DNA of 64,000 bases from positions 151,590,001 to 151,654,000 of the forward strand of contig NC_042997.1 of assembly GCF_006345805.1 (NCBI RefSeq), written 5' to 3'. Shown here in pieces: positions 54,720-64,000 of this stretch. The translations under genes were made by a program, and so were the position numbers. Position 1 is the first letter of the stretch, and every line of letters starts with the position of its first letter. Origin of the DNA: Octopus sinensis. Taxonomy: Eukaryota. The notes under the pieces were generated by a model that did no database searches, was not told the DNA's origin, and was given only the letters and a program-made list of their open reading frames with translations.

Positions 54720-55330
54720 AACTCACCTCACCCCATCCCTCACACCTACTCCCACATACCCCACCTCTACCCTACCCACATGCCCCACCTCTACCACCAC
54801 CCTCAACCTAACCCACACCCCACCCCTGCTTTCTCCACTCTCGCCTCTCCCACCTCCCAACACCATCTCACCGCACGACACACCACTACACCATACACCA
54901 CCATACCACGCAACACATCACATAACAACGCACCACCACGTACACAGCAGCACTGACCACTTCCCAGCCCCACATTTTCACACCTAGAGATACACACACG
55001 CACACGTCAAGATCACCAGACCTCTTGCACACGCACATACAAACTCTCTTATGCACACGCAAGCACCGCTTCCTTTTCGGATCACTACTTTATTATCTCC
55101 CCTTCTTCCTAGTTCTCCTGTATGACACTTCAGTCCGGCATTCGCCATGATAGATCGCTAGCCACTACACATTCTTTATTTTCTCTCCTTGTTTCTCTCT
55201 GTGTTGATTTTTCTGGAAGAGCGTAGGCTCGAAACGTTAAAGACTTTTTCACTTCTCAAGCGTTATACTAATGCATCTGTTTGCTGTCTACACCACATGT
55301 CTTCGTCTTTTGTTTCTTTGTGCATTCTCT
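54720..55330 (+). mobile_element. Probable Penelope-type 3' end with a degenerate hammerhead (55209-55243)
   Basis: C/A-rich tract then TTTT-CTG--GA-A-GAGC(GTAG)GCTC-GAAA-CGTT-AAAGA. Confidence 0.45.
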
Positions 55331-57214
55331 TCCTATATATATGTGTGTATGTGTGTGCGTGTAGAAGGGAGGTATGTGAATGTATGTGTGAGTATTATGA
55401 CCCTTATTTGTTACCTTACCACAATTAACCGTCATTACCGACGGTACGTGGTCAGCTAGTAATAAATAAGCATTGCCGTCAGGTAGAAGTCTTTTGACGA
55501 ATTGCAAATGGGGAAGCAGTATTAGTGTTACACAGAATCCTGCAATTAATCCTGGATGCATTTCTTTCATACCGGTTGATGAATGCGTGGTATCACACTT
55601 TTTTTTTCAGAAACGGTCTACATGGAATAGAAGATGGCACGAGTATTTGCACGAGGGTACTCTTAAGTAGCAGAGGAAATTCTTGCGCTGCTTCAGTTCT
55701 TTCCAGCTGTTTATGCGGCTGCTGTATTTTTCAAATTATATTTGCTAGCTGTGAATGCACCTAATTTACGTTCTTGCAAATGCCTGAAGAGGTTTCTGTG
55801 ATTTATTTTATTTTTTATTTAGTTATTTATTTATTTTTATTTCATCGTATTTTTTTTTCAATTTTTCCAAAGTTAATTCTAATAAGCTTGCTCAATGACA
55901 TCCTGCTCTACGTTTTGTCATTCACCCTTGTAGCAATTACATCTACAGTTTCTTCCAAATTTGCATGCTGCCGAATGAGTTACATCCTTTGTGATAAGAA
56001 TGGATCATCGTTACAAAAACACTTGCAATTTTACATTTTCAATGTGATGCTTTTCGCCAGTACATTAGATGCATTCACAGATCTTGGAGGCATAACCGTT
56101 TTCTGACGCTGGGAGTGAAAAAATTCTGCGAACTATTTTAGGGTATGTTGTAGTGTGAATGAGTGTCAATGGTAATTCCTTACGCTTTTTCATAATTTTA
56201 TATTCTAGGAAACCAATTGTTCCTTAATAATCATAATTTGCAACAAAACGCTCTTTTCATTTTCGAGGAAAACATTTTTTTTTGCGACAGAAACCACTTC
56301 CACCTTCGAATTTATGTTAATGTTGCAGAAGACAATAAGCAGCAAAGAATGGATTACAGTTTCCTGTATCTGCTAATATTTATAACATTTCTACGCGTCT
56401 GCATATTTTTGATCTTTAGCATTTATTGTTTCTTCAGATTTAAAGAAGCTTTATCATCAAACGAATTTGAAGCAAAAATAGAAATAATTACGCGATACAA
56501 ACAAGTGATGATAGAACAGTAGTGTTAGCAAAATGAGAGAAGGCTATAAAACTTTATTCATATAATTCTGTAACCATTATGATGGGATGACAGATCGCAT
56601 CTCAAAGTGCTGAAAGTGAACCTAAGGTGCCAAGTAGAAAACTATCGCACGGGGTTTAAAATTCCTCATACAGAACCAACTCATACAAAAAGTCATGGGT
56701 ATATAGAATACCTAGGTATCGGCGAGAATGTAACAAAATTGGAATTTTCACCTTCAGCTGACTCCTCGACGACTGTCCTTGTCGATCTCCTCAACCATAC
56801 AAGCGACATCATCAAAACAGAGAAGTGCAAGAACCTAAGTTGAAAGACCACTAGGCAGAGCTTCAAGAAAAGAATAGGGTATGACGAGAAAACATGGGCA
56901 AAATACTGTTGTGTAATTCGAGACGAGTTTAAACAAAAAACCGTGATCGGAGATGATTTGGTACTCCTATGACAACGACATAAAGAGGAATCTGTAAAAA
57001 AAAAACAACAACATAATCTAGCATATTATCATAAATATCTTTACCATATTGAAAACATTAAAATATCTTTACCATATTGAAAGTTGTTTAGCATATGATC
57101 ATTAATCTCTTTATCATATTCAAACAATGATGTGAAGATTGTAAATTTATGCCCCAAAGTAAAAAGAACAGTTTCTAAAGCCTAGATTATTCAAGGGTTC
57201 TCGCTACTAATGAT

Positions 57215-57405
57215 CTTCTCTATTATAGACGCAAGGCCTGAAATTTGGAGGTAGGGGGTAAGCTGATTACATGGAGCCCACTACTCGACCATTACTTATT
57301 TCATCGAGCGCGAATGGATAAAAGGCTATACCGATCTTTTAGCGGAAATGCTGCTAAACATTTTGTTCGACGTGCTGTTTCTGGTAGTTCGCTGTTTTCT
57401 GCTAG
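57215..57405 (-). mobile_element. Degenerate family A SINE
   Basis: Tail GCAAGGCCTGAAATTTGG and diverged core. Confidence 0.65.
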
Positions 57406-60400
57406 ATATTTTAATGCTGGGATAAGCCACTGAAATAAATGCCTTCCAAAACAAATTGTACCTTACATCGAATGAATGCAAAACATAGTTGTTTTAATCG
57501 AGGTTTTGCTGAATGTTGTACAGTTTGCAATAATTCTCGGGCAGCAACTCATGCTTTAACGGCTTTGCGTGAATTCTCTCCCTCTTAATCACAACCTGTC
57601 TTCCTATCTTAAAAAAGAGGGGAAAATATTTCGCATAACGTTGTCAGAGCGGGGGCGCAGAAGGCAGGAACTCATTTGATTATAATTACGCTGCATCAGG
57701 GTGGATCTGGGTCTAAACATCAGTGACAAGAGAAAAAATTAGTAAAGTATTAGCAAGCTAACAAAGGAGCCATTGGCAGGATGTAGAACCTGATAAACTT
57801 AAGAGCCGAATTTTCCTAAAATCAGACTACACGATTTAAAAGTTTACAATGTAGTTAATCGGAAAAAGGTGGAGAAGCTCATGTTTGGAACTTCTTTGAT
57901 CATAATTCATTCAGATCAGGACCTACTTGATGTTAATCACTAACCAAATCGTGACCATTTTTATTATTTCCTCAATAATTGACTGCACCATCACTTCCAC
58001 CATTAGCAAAAATAAAATATCTTAAGTTCTGCGAAAAATTGAATCCTAGCCTCATTGGGCTCAGAACTATTTTTTACCATTTGGTTAAGAAGTTAATTTT
58101 CCGGATCTCGCCCGAGATTTGTCGCTGGAATGCAGGAAGTTTTCTTCAGACCAGAAACTAGTATTAATGCTAGCAACAGAGTGAATATCGTTAAAACAGC
58201 CAAAGAATGAGGTGGTGTTGTTAAACCGGACGACGCACTAAGCCCACCTTCCAAAATCTTAGACTATAAAGAGCTCAAGCAATTGCTACCAGGCATCTTT
58301 TTCCATGCTCTAATAATTCAACTAATTCACCGCACAGCTTGAATTTATCAACCGCAGCGAGTAGTCAACCCAGTGTGCAGATATTGGTACAACTACTACA
58401 TGAGATATTAACTGACAAATTAAATAATTCTGCCAGTCCGCTGAAAGAACATAAGGTAATGAGAGTTCTCCTAGCCGAATTATTCTGAACCGAACTGCAA
58501 CTTCTCTCATGTGACACCCATCTCATTCAAGCCTCCTGCTCAGTTCTTTGACACATTTTCACAGGCCTGTTCCTCTTTATATTTTCACCATCAGCTGACT
58601 CCTCGACGACTGTCCTTGTCGATCTCCTCAACCATAAGCGCAATACAAGGCCAAGCAGCTTCCTTCCTCTAGCTGTGATAGTGCCTTGCAGTTTACTTAG
58701 TAGAGCTCGTCTCTGATTTCAATTAGTTGCCTATAAATAACTTCAAGAACATGTAACTTCGTTTTTGTTGGTAGTTAGCACGAAGTCATACCTTGTGTGT
58801 AGATCTGCAATGACAGGGTTATTACTCTAGTCACCCGAACTCATAATGTCAGTATTAGCTATCGCTAGATTATCCATCTTCTTCCAACCGTTTAAACACA
58901 AGAGTGTGAGCTAGCTGAGATTTGGCTGCGTCATTTTTAAGGAGTAAGCAATAAGGTAAACTTCCTGTTGACACATTTAGGCCTCGGGTGACATTGCCGG
59001 TGGAATTTATATGCCTTGTTGACAGACACATTTGAATGACCATGGCATGATTTGAAACAGTAATCTCTCAACTGCTGTTGCTTCATCACGTTGAGCAATT
59101 TATGCTCCAGCATCTCCAGTGGCCAATAGATGTATTTGTCTTTTCATTAATTGCTTTCTTTACTCCCTATCTTTCTTTCTTTCTCGCTCTATTTCTTTGA
59201 CACACGCACACACATACATACACACCTATATCTATATCTATATCTATATCTATCAATATACATCCATACATATATATATATATATATTCATTCAAACATT
59301 CACAGATATGTATGTATTACATGCATTCATATACGTAGATACATACGTACATGCATACGTACGTACGTACATACATACATAATGTAACAGCAAGGAAAGG
59401 AAAAAGAATTACATACAAAAGGAGAAAAAGAGAAAGATAAGCGGTAACACCAGTTGATCAGAATTCTAAGCGTCTTTCAGAAAACAGAATACTGTTATAT
59501 AAATGGATTTTTCTTCAATTCTTGGCACTTCTATTTTATTTATATATTTATTTAGCTTCAAGCTAAATATCGAAGGATTCGGAATTGCTATCTGTGCTGA
59601 GCCGCTTAGCTTTAAATGTACTGCCCGAATATATATGTATATATATTTCGAATTGCCTGCAGTCGATTTGTGATATAATAATATTAGAATAAATTGCTGC
59701 ATTGAGGTATAATGAAACGTTTGCTTGAAGCATGAAATTGTTTGAAGCTTGCTAGCACTACTCTGCTTGAGATTGAAATATGAAAAAAGTAAATGTCTTC
59801 AATAATCTGGGGCGAATACTGCAAAGTTCTCATACTTAGCTCTGATTATATATCTTAAATCGGATGCGAAATAAATTATACACTGGATAGGGTGCAGGTT
59901 TTTCCCCTTGCTTTTTCCACTATGCATGTAGACTGAGGTTGAATATTATTTTTCCCTAATGTGCAATTATGTGAGCCAACAAAAGTGCGCAGATTGTTAG
60001 TAATAGAACTCAAATATATTTTAAGCTACATTTCAACTTATTATGAAAGGAAGGACATATTCAGTAATGAAATCCTGGCTATGTCTGCAAAGAAAGAAAG
60101 GATCGTTTTGTTCATAGGCCTATTGGATTCGAACTGGTTTGAATCAAAACAAAAACAGTATATCGAGTGCAGAAAGGGTTGAACTCACGACCTATGAGCT
60201 GGTAAACTAATATCAACTGAAGATTTTAGTTATTACTCTTCGCTTCAGCAATCGAAGTTATAGGACTTGTTTGTTATCTGGTTTATCTTGAATAGAAAAT
60301 TGTAAATAATAGGCAAATTAGATACAGCAAATAATATATAATATAGTTTTATTTTTAGGACACGGAGATGCATCTTTTGTAAGGGAAGAATATAGTCGAC

Positions 60401-61079
60401 TGATTCTAAAATTCAAGAAAATGAATGCTAATATTAACCACAGCACCGGAACTCGTATTTGAATAGGAAAATATCGAAAGTATATACAGTAAAAATTTGT
60501 GTGCTGTTTCACAATCAACAATGTCAAAATCATTTTAATAGTATTCTATATTAAACAACAGTTAACCCATAGCATGTAATTATGTATATTATGCACAACT
60601 GTAAGCTTCTTCTATTTTGAATTGCTATGATTATATATATATATATTGTGTGTGTGTGAGTGTATGTATATCTTTGTATGTGTTTGTGTGTGTATAGATG
60701 TATATGTGTTTGTGAATGTTGTTGGGTGTGTGTCTATGTATACATATTTATACATTGATATTTGACAAACAAAGCTAAGAAGAAAGATATCTATAATAAT
60801 GTTATCAGCACTATTATTCCCCTAATGTGGTTTATTAGACTACTTGACCTGATCAGAAAAAAAATCATATGTATATACATTTATATATATGTGTCTATGT
60901 ATTTGGGTGCATTTGTGAATGCATATATGTATGCATACATAAGTACACATACACACATATATCAGAAATAATGAGCTGCCCTCATACGGTACGTCATTGG
61001 AGTGGTCACATACTAGATATCTTTCGAAACCTATAAACGTTTTCAAACTTTCAACTTTAAATTTTCTACAACTTCATGT

Positions 61080-61255
61080 GATAATATAGATTTCAAGTTT
61101 TGGCACGAAGCTAGCATTTCCGGGGTAGGGGATAGGTAGATTACATCGACCCCAGTGCTCAACTGGTACTTATTTTATCGACCCTTAAAGGATGAAAAGC
61201 AAGGTAGACTTCGGCGAAATTTGAACTCAGATCGTAAAGACGGACGAAATGGCAG
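61080..61255 (-). mobile_element. Family A SINE, partial head
   Basis: Core ATCGACCCTTAAAGGATGAAAAGCAAGGTAGACTTCGGCG. Confidence 0.8.
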
Positions 61256-61379
61256 TTATTTTATCCGATGTGCCTTTATTTATATGATAATACGATGCTT
61301 AAAGGCACCACAGTTTCACCATATTACGTGAACACTTTTAGACTCGATGAAACCACTTCACTTTATTAATTGTACTTAT

Positions 61380-61800
61380 AGGTGTAGGCATGGGTGTGTG
61401 GTAATTAGCTTACTTCCCTACCACATGTTTCCGAATTCAGTCGCACTGCCTGACACCTTAAGCGAGTGCCTTCTATAATAGACTCAGGCCGACTAATATC
61501 CTGTGAGTGGATTTGGTAGAGAAACTGAAAGATGCCTGTCACACAGACACACTCACGTGTGTGTGTGTGTGTATGTATATGTATGTGTGTGTGTGAGAGT
61601 CTTTTTGTCTGTGTTTGTCTCCTGGTGTGTTTACGGCTCCGTAACTTAGAGGTTCGACAAAAGGTACCGATAGAATACGTACTGGGCTAAAAAAAAGTAA
61701 ATCCTGGGGACGATTTGTTCGACTAAAATGCCTTCAAGGCGGTGCTCCAGCATGGCCTCAACCATACGACTGAAACAGTAAAAACATAAAAGAACAAGAG
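61380..61800 (+). mobile_element. Full-length diverged family B SINE
   Basis: Collinear with 39945-39979 plus 41946-42366. Confidence 0.85.
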
Positions 61801-61981
61801 AATAGACCCTAAAGCATTAAAGACTGAAAGAAAGTTGGAGTTATTTGAACGTAACCCCCTAAGGGATATAATCAAAATACCGATGCACTTGAAACCCACT
61901 ACTCAACCGAGTTTGATATCAACTATCCTTGAAATAAAGATTTTTTAAATTGGTCACAAATATAGTTCTTCTAAGTATTTG

Positions 61982-62200
61982 AAGGCGGAGAGTTGGCAGA
62001 AACGTTAGTACAGCGGCTGAAATGCTTAGCAGTACTTCGTCTGTCTTTACGTTCTGAATTCACTTTCCGCCGAGGTCGACTTTAACTTTCATCCTTTCGG
62101 GGTCAATTAAATTAAGTACCAGTTGCACACTGGACTCGACCTAATCGACTGCCGCCCCTCCACAAAAATTTTTCGATCCTTGTGTCTAGAGTAGGAAAGA
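61982..62200 (+). mobile_element. Full-length family A SINE
   Basis: AAGGCGGAGAGTTGGCAGAAACGTTAG head, core and tail. Confidence 0.88.
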
Positions 62201-64000
62201 ATACTAAATATTTGTCAGGTACATTATTTTAGCGTCTCTTGAGGGATCAGTGTTCAGGTTGACGTCGGTCCAAATTGAATTCAGAATGTAAAGACACGTA
62301 GTTAAAACTTGCATTGCATTTTGTTCATCATATACTTCTGTCAGTCAATCACAATATTTGTTTCTAATTTAGGCACAATTCCAGATGCTTTTGAGAAGAA
62401 AAAGTTAGTTGATGCCCTCGAGCCGTACTTGTGAACTACTTTATTTTATGGACTCCGGTGGGTTAAAGAAAATGAGATTGACCCGAGCGCGATTATAGCT
62501 CAGAACGTATACGTTTGGAAAAAATACACCGTAGCTCATTTTTTCCACATTAAGGATTCGAGCAATCCACTGCCCTGGCTAACTGTGTAATAATGCCATC
62601 CATGCCAAAGGTTACCTTGTGATCAAATTTCCTTGTGATCAAATTTCCTAAGATTGCTGTAGAATTTAATAAATTTCAGTTACCTTCATTTTCTACAGAA
62701 ATTTATTACTATCTGAACACTTAAGTGCTTTGTTAATCTCATACTTTACCTTCACATTTATACGAGCATCCATAAATTAATATATTATTACGGACAGTTC
62801 AAAGAGATGCTTGTCTATTTGCAGCCACACGCCACTTCCTGTAGTGTTGCGTGCTTACTAATATTTGTTCTTGTGCATCTATGTAGATTTTCATTCCTCC
62901 ATTTTATTATCTGTCTATCCGTTAACCGTATCTTCATAAGTGTATATCTCACCGTCCCCGTTATTGTTTTGCCACAACGCACGCAACAAGATAACTGAAC
63001 CACAGTAGTAAATCTCCTCTTGACCCATATACGGAAAAATCTTTATTCGTCCTTCACTTGTAAAGATCAAATTTTTGATTGCTGGATTAATAACCTTTTC
63101 GTAGAGTTATCTCTTCTGCTTTTTTCTTTTCATTCACATATCAATGTTTCATGAAAATTAGACTTCCCAGTTACACATATTCATTCGAAAAATATATGTA
63201 TATTTTTTTCTTTCTTCAAATTTATATTACAACTTAATTATTTACAGAGAAAAATATCTTAAAAAATCTATTTCAATTATGTGAAATCTTTAGAAGAATA
63301 TATGACATGTAATTAGATTCAGCTATTCCTATAAAGACGAATATTCATAATTGGATTAAATTATGTTTCAATCTGCAATAATGCATAATATTTATTAAAT
63401 ACGTTGTTTATTTATTTTACCAAATTTTTGATAAATCTTTGCATTGCGGCTATAATCTTTGGAGGCGAGAAGATGGATGTTCTTAGAATTACGATATTAT
63501 GAGCTGAAGAATTCTGAAAGACGTAATTTTCTTTTACGTGTGGTGGTGTTGTGAGTAAATTAAAATGAATTGCATATTGAACATTATTGAGCATGCGTAT
63601 ATTTATATATGTGTACGAGGGGAAAACAGCATCTGGGAGTACAATAAGCTGTACAAAGCAGGCTTTTATTAGAAAATATTAATACATAACACCAAAGATA
63701 GCTGGAAATGTTCTTCATGGAGTTTATTTCCAGGTCATCCCATACTTCCAGCATGTTTTATTTAACATGTTGTAGAGAAATTTATGGAAATGTGCCTGCT
63801 ATTTCATGCAGTCTGAAAGATATATAGAGGCTAATTGCATGAATTAAGCGGTAAAAATAAGTCAATTACTCTATGAGTCACACTATTCATATTTACAAGA
63901 TTAAAATATAATGTGAATTTGAACAGCTAAGAAGGCATGAATCATGAGATAAAGACAGAACGAAAGAAAAAAAGAAAGAAGGAAAAAGAAAGAAAGAAAG

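Noticed and set aside
57033-57082. Small tandem duplications (also 8043-8074, 36850-36873, ~62618-62650)
   Set aside because: Routine 12-28 bp slippage events.

Overview
AT-rich, microsatellite-dense animal genomic DNA, most likely an octopod cephalopod (Octopus-like), judged from the tRNA-derived SINE families, Penelope and mariner remnants, and (TA)n/(TACA)n/(GATA)n tracts; the species cannot be fixed from sequence alone. No host protein-coding gene is supported, and nearly all ORF-track entries are microsatellite translations or transposon fragments. The notable signal is a set of type I hammerhead ribozymes (stem I - CUGANGA - stem II - GAAA - short, mostly palindromic stem III - NUH - stem I), read by eye in at least five unrelated repeat families: a 353-nt unit (7.2 kb, 29.9-30.9 kb), a 404/405-nt unit (18.1-19.1 kb), a decayed ~400-nt unit (22.1-23.4 kb), a 196-nt piece (45.5 kb), and a tRNA-headed SINE with a hammerhead tail (26.3, 38.5, 39.7 kb). 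Most sit in (TA)n tracts, and two families share the head-to-head inverted layout of the Penelope-like element (RT + GIY-YIG) at 26.7-29.7 kb. This suggests circRNA-forming retrozymes and SINEs mobilised by Penelope-like machinery. Also present: three mariner derivatives plus a mariner MITE, a hAT MITE, an R4/Dong-type LINE end in (AAT)n, an ORF1-only LINE-like insert inside a SINE head, and many nested SINEs.
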